Shown here: piece after piece, positions 9,220 through 19,148 of the stretch
Layout of the letters: each line of letters begins with the position of its first letter
Position numbering within the stretch: the stretch's first letter is position 1
Assembly (NCBI GenBank): GCA_965213625.1
Contig: CBDBZU010000004.1
Coordinates: forward strand, 864,001 to 928,000
DNA length: 64,000 bases
Source: a bacterium
GTDB lineage: Bacteria; UBA8248
Direction: 5' to 3'
The notes under the pieces: generated by a model
What the model was told of the DNA's origin: nothing
Databases searched by the model: none
Seen by the model: only the letters and a program-made list of their open reading frames with translations
Position numbers and translations under genes: made by a program

Positions 9220-9924
9220 TTACCAAGGCATGGGTTTTCTGTCCTGGAAATACCCCCCGGTAGGCCCTTCCTTTGGCAATAAAGCGAGCCATACGGGCGT
9301 ATCCGCTCCTTCGTCAATTGATTTTGAGGCGCCCCGGCCACCCATGTCGGTTCTCACCCAACCAGGATGGCAACAATTCACCAACACGCCGGTTCCCTGG
9401 AATTCGCTTGCGAGAACTTTCGTCATCGCATTCAGTGCGGTTTTTGTGATTCTGTATGCGGGAGAGCCTCCGCCCATGCTGGCGAGAGAGCCCATGCCGC
9501 TTGAGACGTTCACGATTCTACCGGCTGGACTTTTTTTCAAGAGAGGAGCCAGTGTTTGGCACAGCATGAGAGGACCGTAGAGGTTGGTTTCCATCATTTC
9601 CCGGACGATTTCGATGGGAACGTCCAAACCCTTCATACCGACATCTTTCCTGATGGCCGCGTTGTTGATCAAGATATCCAGATGCCCGAATTCATTGGTC
9701 AAAAAGCTGGCTATCAAATCAATGCTACTCTGATCGGTGACATCCAGGGGATGGAATATGATATCCAGTCCCTCTTGTTTCAGCTGCTTCTTAGCGGTTT
9801 CACCCTTGGAAACGTCTCGCGACGTGAGGATGGTTCGTATTCCTTGTTTTGTAAGCGAACGGCATATACCAAAGCCAATGCCTTTGTTGCCGCCCGTTAC
9901 GACGGCGATTTTCTTATCCGGCAA
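9220..9924 (-). CDS. SDR oxidoreductase (carbonyl reductase-like)
   Basis: TGGNKGIG, NNAA, VSSGMG, YRITK, HPGWVRTDMGG. Confidence 0.93.
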   Translation of the reverse strand: MPDKKIAVVTGGNKGIGFGICRSLTKQGIRTILTSRDVSKGETAKKQLKQEGLDIIFHPLDVTDQSSIDLIASFLTNEFGHLDILINNAAIRKDVGMKGLDVPIEIVREMMETNLYGPLMLCQTLAPLLKKSPAGRIVNVSSGMGSLASMGGGSPAYRITKTALNAMTKVLASEFQGTGVLVNCCHPGWVRTDMGGRGASKSIDEGADTPVWLALLPKEGPTGGYFQDRKPMPW

Positions 9925-10016
9925 CTTTCATCTCCCTTGTCAGTATGGATCGCTGGTTCATTTCCACTGCGTGTTATAACATATAGGTAAGTAGTCTCAC
10001 CCGGACATATCCAAGA

Positions 10017-10742
10017 ATGCGTGTTGGAAAGAAACCGTTGAATTCAATTCACCTGATCCTGTTCGACGTAGATGGCACCTTGCTTCTAAGCGGAGGCGCA
10101 GGGGCAGGAGCGTTGAATATCGCTTTCGAGCGCATATACGGGATTCCAAACGCTATGCGTCATGTTCACCCGCATGGAAAAACAGATGAGCTCATCGTGC
10201 AAGAGATGTTTACCTCTCACTTGGAACGTTGCGGGAGCGAGTCTGAGGTGAAGGCTCTCTTAGATAAATATGTGGCAATCCTGCCCACCACAGTTAGGGA
10301 TTCTAAAAATTTTCATCTGATGCCGGGAATTCCAGGATTGCTTTCGTATCTCAAGGGCCGGAATGACGTGTTCATGGGATTAGGCACGGGCAATATCGAA
10401 GAAGGTGCGCGAATCAAACTCTCGCGTGGCGGGTTAAACAGATTCTTTTCGTTCGGGGGTTTTGGCTCTGATTCTGGAGACAGGACGGAGTTGCTGGAAG
10501 CAGGATTTCTGAGGGGCGAGCAAATCATTCAAAAGGAATTTCCGCGCAAGTCCACTTCTCGTTGGGTGGTAGGTGATACATGGCGAGACGTCGCGGCGGG
10601 TCGCGCATGCGGCGCGAAGACGATGGCCGTGGCCACGGGCGGCGATTCACTTTACGAGTTGGCGAGTGCTTCTCCGGATTATCTATTTGCCACACTGGAG
10701 GACACGGAGAGATTTTATGAAATCCTGGACTCGGATGCTTAA
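10017..10742 (+). CDS. HAD-family hydrolase
   Basis: FDVDGTLL, GTGN, GGFGSD, VGDT.RD. Confidence 0.9.
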   Translation: MRVGKKPLNSIHLILFDVDGTLLLSGGAGAGALNIAFERIYGIPNAMRHVHPHGKTDELIVQEMFTSHLERCGSESEVKALLDKYVAILPTTVRDSKNFHLMPGIPGLLSYLKGRNDVFMGLGTGNIEEGARIKLSRGGLNRFFSFGGFGSDSGDRTELLEAGFLRGEQIIQKEFPRKSTSRWVVGDTWRDVAAGRACGAKTMAVATGGDSLYELASASPDYLFATLEDTERFYEILDSDA

Positions 10743-10745
10743 GGG

Positions 10746-11429
10746 ATGAGTGAAACCTTATATCCGGTTACGCCAAGTGAAATTGCCCATGTCTACCGGC
10801 AAATCCCTGAGTGGACCATGGGGGAACTCGCTGAACTGCCCGAGGCGCAATTGGATAGAACGGGGACGGAAGTATGGGCGCGTTGGTCCCCAAGAAGACA
10901 GCTTAGCCATATGGCCTACATTACGACACGGTGGTTCATGGTTCTTTATGGCGCCACTCGCCTGCCATGGCCGGTTGTGGACATGAGTCAGTTCAGCACG
11001 TTTATCAATACACGGGATAATGATCGTCGTTTTTCCTCTGAGCGATATGGGGATATCGAGTGGCTGCATTTGCGTTTATCCGAAGTCTGTGAGGCAGCGG
11101 CGATCCAAGTTGAACAGCCGGATATAAAGCCTTCGGCTGACAAATCGCTTTTGTTTGTTTTCACGGACTCATCGGTCGTGGGCGTGAGCGAGGAGCGTTC
11201 CGTTGATTTGTGGAATCGTTGCATGAATTGCCACCCGGATGGATTTACGGTTGACCCTGAACACGAACACGGGTTTCGAATTGCACCTTTAGCGACTCTG
11301 CGTCATGTGCTTTGGGATGATTTGATTCACTTGCGCTCCATCAGGCTCCATCGTGAAGCCTTGGGTTTGTCTCCCGTCTATCCTGATGCACCCGTGGGCG
11401 GCTACGCTTCCGCCTATCCGGTTTCTTGA
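10746..11429 (+). CDS. DinB-like family protein
   Basis: WSPRRQLSH and LRHVLWDDLIHL give the DinB-type His pattern. Confidence 0.6.
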   Translation: MSETLYPVTPSEIAHVYRQIPEWTMGELAELPEAQLDRTGTEVWARWSPRRQLSHMAYITTRWFMVLYGATRLPWPVVDMSQFSTFINTRDNDRRFSSERYGDIEWLHLRLSEVCEAAAIQVEQPDIKPSADKSLLFVFTDSSVVGVSEERSVDLWNRCMNCHPDGFTVDPEHEHGFRIAPLATLRHVLWDDLIHLRSIRLHREALGLSPVYPDAPVGGYASAYPVS

Positions 11430-11932
11430 TGAGTTTCCCGCTCCCATCTCGAGCGAATTTCCTTTTTTGGGTTTTTTTTATCTCATTTGCTTCTTTGGCA
11501 GGAGCGCTATTGTTTTTCTCGAAACCTCTATTTCTTGATAAAACAGGTGTTAAAGCATCCTTGGCGGCAGAAGCAAAGAAGTTAAGAGGAATGCCTCCAG
11601 AGGCCATCGCTAAAAACGTAGGCCAAATACTCAAGAAATACCTGGACGCTTCAAAGCACACCAGCCGTGCGGATATTCAGGTTTCCGAGATAACACCTGA
11701 AAGGTTGTCTGTTGACATTTTGTTGCCATGGGCGGAAGTGAGCGCAAAAAAAAGAAGACAAAGAGCGGAATTAGTTTGTCGGCTCGGAAGCGATATGCTG
11801 GAAAATGCGGGAGCAAAGGACACCATTTTCTTGGTGAATCTTTTACGCATGAGGAGAGACTCGACGGCTAGCGAGCCCGTGGGTGCGATGATGTATTCTT
11901 CCAAAGACGAAAAATGCACGTGGAAAGAATAG
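11426..11932 (+). CDS. Hypothetical protein with N-terminal membrane anchor
   Basis: One hydrophobic segment (FLFWVFFISFASLAGALLFF); overlaps the upstream stop. Confidence 0.65.
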   Translation: MMSFPLPSRANFLFWVFFISFASLAGALLFFSKPLFLDKTGVKASLAAEAKKLRGMPPEAIAKNVGQILKKYLDASKHTSRADIQVSEITPERLSVDILLPWAEVSAKKRRQRAELVCRLGSDMLENAGAKDTIFLVNLLRMRRDSTASEPVGAMMYSSKDEKCTWKE

Positions 11933-12062
11933 CTTTTTCAGATAGCAGGACTTACAAGAAGCCAAATCCATCAAATGCCGACGCCTTTTCTATGCAGAAC
12001 TCCATTTCTGCTAGACTGGGTGAATATAGTTTCTTTCCGAAGTTAAGCTTAGGGAGGTGGTT

Positions 12063-12962
12063 ATGGCCCTGAAAACCGTTGCCATCATCAGCCCGGGAGA
12101 TATGGGACATGCGGTTGGGCGAATGCTGGGTTCGCATGGGTATGAAGTGATAACTTGTCTCGCAAACAGAAGCGAAAGAACGAAGCGCTTGGCCGCTGAA
12201 GGAAGAATCCGGGACTATCCGATAATGGCCGAAATGCTGGAGCGTGCGGATATTGTTTTATCCATCGTGCCTCCGGGGTTAGCCACCCAGGCGGCGGACG
12301 AAGTGGCGGAAGCTATGTCGGCTTCCGGGTATTTCCCTCCATACGCTGATTGCAACGCCGTGTCGCCGGAAACGGCAAAAGCAATCGCAAAGCGAATTTC
12401 AGATGTCGGAGCGGATTTCATCGATGGTGGGATATTAGGCCCCCCTCCGAGCGAGACGAGGAGCAACACCAGATTTTACTTCAGCGGCGAGCGGGCGGAG
12501 TTGCTAGCGGAGTTGGATGGCAAGGGATTCGTGGTTCGTTTGCTCGGGAAAGAGGTAGGCCGCGCTTCTGGAATCAAGATGTGTTACGCAGCCCTTACGA
12601 AGGGAACCCATGCTCTTCAAACGGCCGTTATCACTCTGGCCGAAGCGCTTGGTCTATCCGAAGAGGTGAATCATGAGTTTCAAACAAGCCAGGAGGCATC
12701 TTATAAACAGATTGCCTCAAGCGCCCCTCGTCTTCCAGTTGTGGCGTGGCGGTATATCGACGAGATGAAACAAATTGCGCAGACTTTTGAATCAGCCGGC
12801 GTCACGCCGAAGTTTCACCAAGGAGCGGCGGCCATATATTCACATCTCTCGACGACGCCCTTAGCGGAACAATCCGTAGAGACAATGGACAAGGGTTTAT
12901 CTCCACAGCAAGCGGCGGCGGTGTACGCAAAACACTTGCCGATGAAAAGGGACGACAATTAA
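12063..12962 (+). CDS. NAD(P)-dependent oxidoreductase (6PGD/HIBADH-like, DUF1932 type)
   Basis: ISPGDMG, DCNAVSP, DGGILGPPP, ASGIKMCYAALTKG, AWRY..EM. Confidence 0.88.
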   Translation: MALKTVAIISPGDMGHAVGRMLGSHGYEVITCLANRSERTKRLAAEGRIRDYPIMAEMLERADIVLSIVPPGLATQAADEVAEAMSASGYFPPYADCNAVSPETAKAIAKRISDVGADFIDGGILGPPPSETRSNTRFYFSGERAELLAELDGKGFVVRLLGKEVGRASGIKMCYAALTKGTHALQTAVITLAEALGLSEEVNHEFQTSQEASYKQIASSAPRLPVVAWRYIDEMKQIAQTFESAGVTPKFHQGAAAIYSHLSTTPLAEQSVETMDKGLSPQQAAAVYAKHLPMKRDDN

Positions 12963-12979
12963 TGTCTTGAGGGAGCGAT

Positions 12980-13651
12980 ATGCCAGAAGACTTATCCACA
13001 CAAGGACTGGATGTTTTTCCGGAATACAAAAATTTGGCGGATTTATTTCGAGAAGAAACCGACGGACTTCCGCAGGAATTATGGGAATGGAAGCTGCCAG
13101 AGATGAGTTGGGGAGCCTGGTCGATTAAAGAACAAATCAGTCACACGGCATGGATCCCATATCTTTTTTTCCTGGAATTCTGGCCCCCCGTTTTGTATCC
13201 GGATTCCTTGCCGCGAGATAAATCTCTGGCGGATCAAGGAGGAGCGGACAGAATGCTCGATCCCGTCCGGTTTCCTGGTGCGTCCGATGTTCTGGCAGCG
13301 CTTGATGATGCGTGCGCCTTGTGTCGGGAGGTTTTATCAAGCGAAACGCTTGCCACGCTAAGAAAGAAGGAATTGCCCAGAAAGTATTCGCCGGACAGAA
13401 CGTGGGCGAACGGTGAGCGAGTGATAGATTATTTTCAAAATCTCGTTTTGCCTGCTCATGAGACGGGCTTTCGCAAAGACGAAAACGATCCTTATTTGTA
13501 TTACCAGACGCTTGAGTGCTCTTTCCGCCACATATTGTGGGAATCCTATGTGCACCTAATCACCATTCAGGAGTTCAAGCGAATCAAAGGTTTGTCAATT
13601 CATTCGACCGTTCCTAGAAACGGGTATGCCGCAATGCTCACCTGGGAATAA
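12980..13651 (+). CDS. DinB-like family protein (paralog of 10746-11429)
   Basis: WSIKEQISH and FRHILWESYVHL. Confidence 0.6.
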   Translation: MPEDLSTQGLDVFPEYKNLADLFREETDGLPQELWEWKLPEMSWGAWSIKEQISHTAWIPYLFFLEFWPPVLYPDSLPRDKSLADQGGADRMLDPVRFPGASDVLAALDDACALCREVLSSETLATLRKKELPRKYSPDRTWANGERVIDYFQNLVLPAHETGFRKDENDPYLYYQTLECSFRHILWESYVHLITIQEFKRIKGLSIHSTVPRNGYAAMLTWE

Positions 13652-13728
13652 ATGCGCTCATCCATTGGGATTTTTTCGTTTGTAATTTTGATTCCTGAAT
13701 CTCCCTATATCTACAAAGGAGGGCAATC

Positions 13729-15594
13729 ATGACAACCCCTCGTCGGGGTATAGGTGCGCTGCGTGAGTATTTATATGGTGAAGATATTGGGCAGGCAAAG
13801 ATAGAGCCTGAAGGCCCGATCATAGTGGGCAGATTGGGGAAGTGGCGCATTATCTTCAATGTTGGGCCGCGCGGAATCTATAAAGGAGGGGGTCTTCGCT
13901 TCACACCGCCGAATGGGTTCACTACGCCCCAATTCAATGAAATGACAGATCCGGGATTTTGCAAATTCCGATGTTCGAATGAAGATGTTGTTTTAGTTCC
14001 TTCATTGGTTGAACCTGTGCTCGGTTATACTTTCCTTCCGGCCAGCCTGGAGTTGAAGGTTCAGGATTCCTCTTTGGTGGAAGGTGATTTCATTGAAATC
14101 GAATATGGCTGGACGCCATCCGGAATCCCCGGCGCGCAGGCGCAAGCCCTGGCCATGCCCGTGGAATTCACTTTATCCATTGATTCGACCGGAGGGGGAG
14201 ACTGGGAGCTTCTTCCGGAGCCCCCAACCTTTGATGTGCTTCCCGAAGGGCCATGTTTTCTTTGGGTTACTGCGCCGGCGCAAGTAGTCACTGGCCAGGG
14301 CTTTTCTGTACGGGCTGTGACGCGAGATTGCTTTCATAACGTAGCGACATCAGAGACATCTGTACCGAAGCTATTTTTGCCTGATGAGAACTCGGTTTCT
14401 TTCCGTCAGGAATCGCCCGGAGTTTTTGTATGTGAAAATGTGGTTTTGCAAACCAAGGGCATTCATCGGCTGAAGGTCTTGGCGGATGGATTGCCGGCCG
14501 CTCATACACCACCGATCAAGGTGTTGGATGAAACCCCGGAGCGCATGCTTCTTTTTGGCGACCCGCATTGCATGAGCGGGTTGTGCGTGGGGGAGTACCC
14601 GAGACCATCAACCGCGCGTGAAATCGTGGAGTATGTCCACGCCTATGCGCGGGATTGCGCGGGTGTGGATTTCGCCGCCTGCACCTCTTTGGCCATGCGA
14701 ATGGATGAAGCGCAATGGAAAGAAGTCACTGATGCGGCGAATCGTTTTACTGAAGCGGGTAGATATGTTGCTCTCCCCGCTTATGAATGGTTTGGCATGC
14801 TCGAACAAGACGGGAACAAAAACGTCTATTTCCTGGATGATCAGGATATCCCGAAGCTGGACTCCCGCAGTTCCGACTCCGATCATCCGGAAAAGCTCTG
14901 GAGGCAACTCGATAAATTCGAGGGCCGAGTGATGACGATTCCCCATCATTCGGTAAGTGCTGTGATTGGCACCCGCTGGCGCTGGCACGATCCGAGGTTT
15001 CAGCGCCTCGTCGAAATATACTCTTGTTGGGGCAACTCAGAAGCCAATGGATGTGAAAGGCCTTTGGTCAACCCGGCGCGCTATGAAGGACAAAGCGTGC
15101 AGGATGCGCTTGAGAAAGGATATCGTTTGGGCATCATCGCCGGCTCGGATACGCATACGTCTCAGCCTGGGTTCTCGAATCGATTGCGGCTCAAGAATGC
15201 CTGGAGAGGTGGATTGACTTGTGTATGGGCGGAGACCTTTGATCGGGAAGGGATATTTAGGGCCCTTTGGGATCGGCGTTGCTACGGCACGACGGGAGCG
15301 CGCATTATTCTTGAAATTTTCTTGAACGACGCCCCCATGGGCTCAGAGATTACATTGGAAAAATCGTCTGCGAGGAAACTGAAGATCCGGGCTGAAGCCT
15401 GCTCCCCGGTTCATAAGGTCGTAATCATCAAAAATACGAAAGAAATTCATATAGATGAACCGGGACGGGAGTCGGTCTCTATTGAGTGGGTTGATTCGAA
15501 TGGTAAGGAACGGGAGGCGGATTATTATTATGTGCGCCTGATACAGGACGATGGGGAAATGGCTTGGTCGAGTCCAATCTGGGTGGATGCCTAG
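13729..15594 (+). CDS. PHP-like metallohydrolase (DUF3604/CehA-McbA type)
   Basis: FGDPHCMS, AYEW, IPHH, VEIYSCWG, GIIAGSDTH..PG, RRCYGTTG.RI, YYYVR..Q.DG..AWSSPIW. Confidence 0.85.
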   Translation: MTTPRRGIGALREYLYGEDIGQAKIEPEGPIIVGRLGKWRIIFNVGPRGIYKGGGLRFTPPNGFTTPQFNEMTDPGFCKFRCSNEDVVLVPSLVEPVLGYTFLPASLELKVQDSSLVEGDFIEIEYGWTPSGIPGAQAQALAMPVEFTLSIDSTGGGDWELLPEPPTFDVLPEGPCFLWVTAPAQVVTGQGFSVRAVTRDCFHNVATSETSVPKLFLPDENSVSFRQESPGVFVCENVVLQTKGIHRLKVLADGLPAAHTPPIKVLDETPERMLLFGDPHCMSGLCVGEYPRPSTAREIVEYVHAYARDCAGVDFAACTSLAMRMDEAQWKEVTDAANRFTEAGRYVALPAYEWFGMLEQDGNKNVYFLDDQDIPKLDSRSSDSDHPEKLWRQLDKFEGRVMTIPHHSVSAVIGTRWRWHDPRFQRLVEIYSCWGNSEANGCERPLVNPARYEGQSVQDALEKGYRLGIIAGSDTHTSQPGFSNRLRLKNAWRGGLTCVWAETFDREGIFRALWDRRCYGTTGARIILEIFLNDAPMGSEITLEKSSARKLKIRAEACSPVHKVVIIKNTKEIHIDEPGRESVSIEWVDSNGKEREADYYYVRLIQDDGEMAWSSPIWVDA

Positions 15595-15606
15595 GAAGGA
15601 GCGGTT

Positions 15607-16789
15607 GTGGCGCAAGAAACGGCGGATGCCGTCGTCATTGGTGGTGGTGTGATGGGATGTTCCATCGCCTATCAGTTGGCGAAACGAGGTTTTGGAAAAA
15701 TTATCCTTTGTGAACGCGATGGCATCGCATCTGGTTCCACGGGCGGGTCTTCGGCGCTTTTTCGCATGCACTATTCAAATACAAGCACCATTCAGATGGC
15801 TTGGCGGTCTCTGTTGGCGTTTGAGGGGTTCGAGGAATATTCCGAGGGCAGACAAGCTGGATTCATGCAAACCGGATATTTGGTGCTGGCGAATGATTCT
15901 CTTCGTAATGGCGTGAAAAAAATGTAGAACTTGCACAATCCCTCGGAGTAGAAACGTACTGGATTAAAAAAGAGGAAATTTCTCGACACACGCCCCATGG
16001 GCCCAACTGGAAGATTTAGTGGGTGCGGCTTACGAACCGAGAAGCGGGTATGCTGATCCACATGGAGTGACATCTGGATTTGCGGAAGGTGCGAAAAAAT
16101 ATGGTGCGCAAATACGACAGAATTGTTCTGTGATTGGGGTCAAATTCGATAGCTCAGGTTTGGTATGCGTTGAGACCTTTCGGGATGTTATCGATACTCC
16201 GGTTGTCGTGAACGCTTCCGGGGCTTGGGTGAATAAGGTGGCCGCTTTCAGCGGACACCAATTTCCGGCGGAGGCCATCCGAGAACAAGATACGGTTTTT
16301 TATGCCGTGGGCAGAGATGGCGAGAGGGTTGAATTTGTCGTCTATGATGGTCCGACGCGTTTGTACTACCGCCCGGAGGGGCGAGATTTACTCCTCATAG
16401 GTCGCGACAATATAGAACCCGAGTATGTCGACCCGGATGATTTCAACAAAAAAGGAGACATGGATTTCGTGCTCGATGTTCTGGAGAGGATGCAAAAGCG
16501 TTGGCCCTACTTTGAAAATGCGAAACTATTCCGTGGCTGGGGTTGCTTGTACTGCATTACGCCGGATTGGATGCCCATTCTTGATCGTTACCCCGAAGTG
16601 CCGGGTTACTACATTTGCACAGGGATGAGCGGCCATGGCTTCAAGTTGGCGCCCGCTGTGGGAGAGATGATGGCGGAGTTGATCATGACCGGAAGTTGTG
16701 AGGAGCCGGATATCAGCGACTATCGCCTGGCTCGTTTTGATGAAGGCGATTTGATGCAAAGTGTTTTCGGAACAGGGTTTCAGGGCTGA
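15607..16789 (+). pseudogene. FAD-dependent oxidoreductase (sarcosine oxidase beta/DAO family) with two frameshifts
   Basis: GGGVMG, ASGSTG at the start; YEPRSGYADP, TPDWMP, GMSGHGFK at the end. The linker NVELAQSLGVETYWIKKEEIS lies in a third frame. Confidence 0.85.
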
Positions 16790-16792
16790 AAA

Positions 16793-17572
16793 CTATGGCT
16801 TGGGTCTGGGGTATACTTCGATAAGAGGAAATATTTTTTCAGTATTTTCTTTTAAGCCAAAGAAGACAGGTCCATTGGCTTTTTCACCATTCGCGAGCTT
16901 CTGAAGGTCGAGAGAGCGGCCATCCGGATGATATGCGCCTCCCCCCACTTCTTGTAATACGGCGAGGGGACCTAAGATATCCCAGATTTGGGGTCTATCT
17001 ACCAAGGCGGCGATGGCGCCTCCTGTAGCTGCATATGCTACATGTGCGGAAGCGCTTCCATATGCGACAGATTTTCCTGGATAATCTATTTTGTAAAAAC
17101 GTTTTCGAGAAGAAGGTCCTAGCATCACGGTTTGATTGGTTATTTCCATATCTTTTAGTTTTGGAAGTATCTTCCCGTTTCTTGTGGCGCCCTCTCCTTC
17201 GTGCGCAAGGAACATTTCATCCACAACGGGCATGTAGAATCCTCCGGCGAGTGGCTTTCCGTTTTCCATAACGCCGATGGATACGCCCCAAGTGGGCAGA
17301 CCGTTTAGAAATGGGTTGGTGCCATCAATGGGGTCAACCGCCCAAAGACGGGGGTGCTTCTTATCTTGTATTTCTCCGCCCCCGAGTTCTTCTCCAATAA
17401 CGTCGTCGTTCGGGAACGAAATCTTTAAGCAGGATAGAATGAATTTTTCTACTTCGAAATCGGCTTCGCTCACCAAGCTCCTGTCTTGTTTTTGAATGCC
17501 TATGGCATTGTTCATGAATGACAAAGCCAGTTTGCCCGCATCTTTGAGGGTTTTTTCGATGAATTTAATCAT
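16793..17572 (-). CDS. Inositol monophosphatase family protein
   Basis: VSEAD, GEE, WAVDPIDGT, WD. Confidence 0.9.
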   Translation of the reverse strand: MIKFIEKTLKDAGKLALSFMNNAIGIQKQDRSLVSEADFEVEKFILSCLKISFPNDDVIGEELGGGEIQDKKHPRLWAVDPIDGTNPFLNGLPTWGVSIGVMENGKPLAGGFYMPVVDEMFLAHEGEGATRNGKILPKLKDMEITNQTVMLGPSSRKRFYKIDYPGKSVAYGSASAHVAYAATGGAIAALVDRPQIWDILGPLAVLQEVGGGAYHPDGRSLDLQKLANGEKANGPVFFGLKENTEKIFPLIEVYPRPKP

Positions 17573-17726
17573 GGGAGTACTGGTTACCCCGGTTGCATTG
17601 TACGTGAATCCATCACTTGGGGGTCAACCTATCTTGTGGAGTGAAAACTTTCCAGCTCTTCGGGAAAATCTACTCAATATGTATACACAGCACCCGTTTT
17701 AATTTTGATTAGGATAGGATTTGCGC

Positions 17727-19148
17727 ATGGTTCGCTTGCAAACGGAAACAAAACGATATGATTACACCAAAAGTCCAATCGGGCGAGGCTTGGTGGTTCT
17801 GTCCCTACCGATTTTCGCAGAACTGATTTCTTGGAACATCGATACGATCGCTGAAATTTACTGGGTAGGTCGGTTGGGCTCAGACGCACTCGGAGCGATG
17901 TCGTTGGGATATATGATTCCCATGATGGTGAGGGCGATGGGAATGGGAATTCGAGTAGCGGGGCAAGCGCTGGTTGCGCAAAGAATTGGCGCGAATGATG
18001 AGGCAGGCGCTGCTCTTATAGCGGGCCAATGCATTTTGCTTCAAACGTTCTTCTTCATTCCCTTGTGTAGCGCGGGATATCTGTTCTCGCCTTATTTGAT
18101 GGGATTGATGACATCTGATCCGAGGCTTTTGTACTTGTCGACAATTTATCTCCAAGCCGGGTTTCTCGTGCTTTTGTTCGTTGACGGAATATTCACCCTT
18201 GCAAATATATTTCGTGGCGCCGGTGAGCCGAAATATTCGCTTTGGGGGATGATGATCAATTCAGGCGTCACATTCATCGCAATGCCCGCTTTCATCTTTG
18301 GTTTCGGATTGATTCCCCCGTTCCACTTGGCCGGCGCGTATTACGGATTAGGCATTGGCAGGCTGGCAGGTTGTGTCGTGATGCTAATCATTCTTTTCAA
18401 GGGGAATGCCAGAGTAAGGCTGAAATTACACCATCTGATTCCGCGATCCTCTGAAATGAAGCGCATCCTGGGATTGGGTTGGCCCGCCTGGGGGCAAATG
18501 TTTTTTGAGAGAGGCGCTAACTTGGTATTGGTCTGGATGCTTGCCCCTTTTGGCGCGCTGGCACTTGCGGCATGGGGTCTTGGCAGTCGTGTCAACAATA
18601 TGGGAAGAATGCCCGGATTTTCACTTCAAGGGGCAGTTCGCACGATGGTGGGCCAAAACATCGGTGCGAGAAAGCCTGAGCGGGCCATTCGCAGCGCTTG
18701 GGTGACGGTGGGGGCCGTTGTTTCCATCATGGTTGTCGTCGTCGCAGGCTTAGTTGTCTGGAGCAAAGAAGTCGTTACTTTTTTCGGGGTGAAAGGCGCC
18801 GCCTTGCCCCATGCGGTGATTTGTCTGCAAATCTTATGTGTAGGTCTCGGGTTCGAGGCTACGAGGCGAGTAGTAGCTGGGATTTTTGAAGGAGCTTCAT
18901 CCACCCGGCCTCCGATGATCGTTGAAGCAATCGTTCGCTGGGTCGTGCAGTTGCCGGGCGCCTATATGCTGGCAGTTTGGATGGGATATCGGGAGTTTGG
19001 AATTTGGTGGGCTGTGGCGGCGAGTCAACTCATCGGCGGTTTGGCGCTGTTCTTGTGGTTTGCGTTCGGCTGGCGACGGCGAATAGAAAGTTTGGCACCA
19101 AAGGTCGAGTCATCCGCACCATCAAAGCTTGAGTCTCATGCCTCATGA
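17727..19148 (+). CDS. MATE family efflux transporter
   Basis: YDYTKSPI, WVGRLG..ALGA, AQRIGA, FRGAG, VGQNIGA; about 12 TM segments. Confidence 0.92.
   Translation: MVRLQTETKRYDYTKSPIGRGLVVLSLPIFAELISWNIDTIAEIYWVGRLGSDALGAMSLGYMIPMMVRAMGMGIRVAGQALVAQRIGANDEAGAALIAGQCILLQTFFFIPLCSAGYLFSPYLMGLMTSDPRLLYLSTIYLQAGFLVLLFVDGIFTLANIFRGAGEPKYSLWGMMINSGVTFIAMPAFIFGFGLIPPFHLAGAYYGLGIGRLAGCVVMLIILFKGNARVRLKLHHLIPRSSEMKRILGLGWPAWGQMFFERGANLVLVWMLAPFGALALAAWGLGSRVNNMGRMPGFSLQGAVRTMVGQNIGARKPERAIRSAWVTVGAVVSIMVVVVAGLVVWSKEVVTFFGVKGAALPHAVICLQILCVGLGFEATRRVVAGIFEGASSTRPPMIVEAIVRWVVQLPGAYMLAVWMGYREFGIWWAVAASQLIGGLALFLWFAFGWRRRIESLAPKVESSAPSKLESHAS

Noticed and set aside
15916-15922. A7 run as a programmed frameshift
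   Set aside because: A second independent shift is also needed, so decay or sequencing error is simpler.
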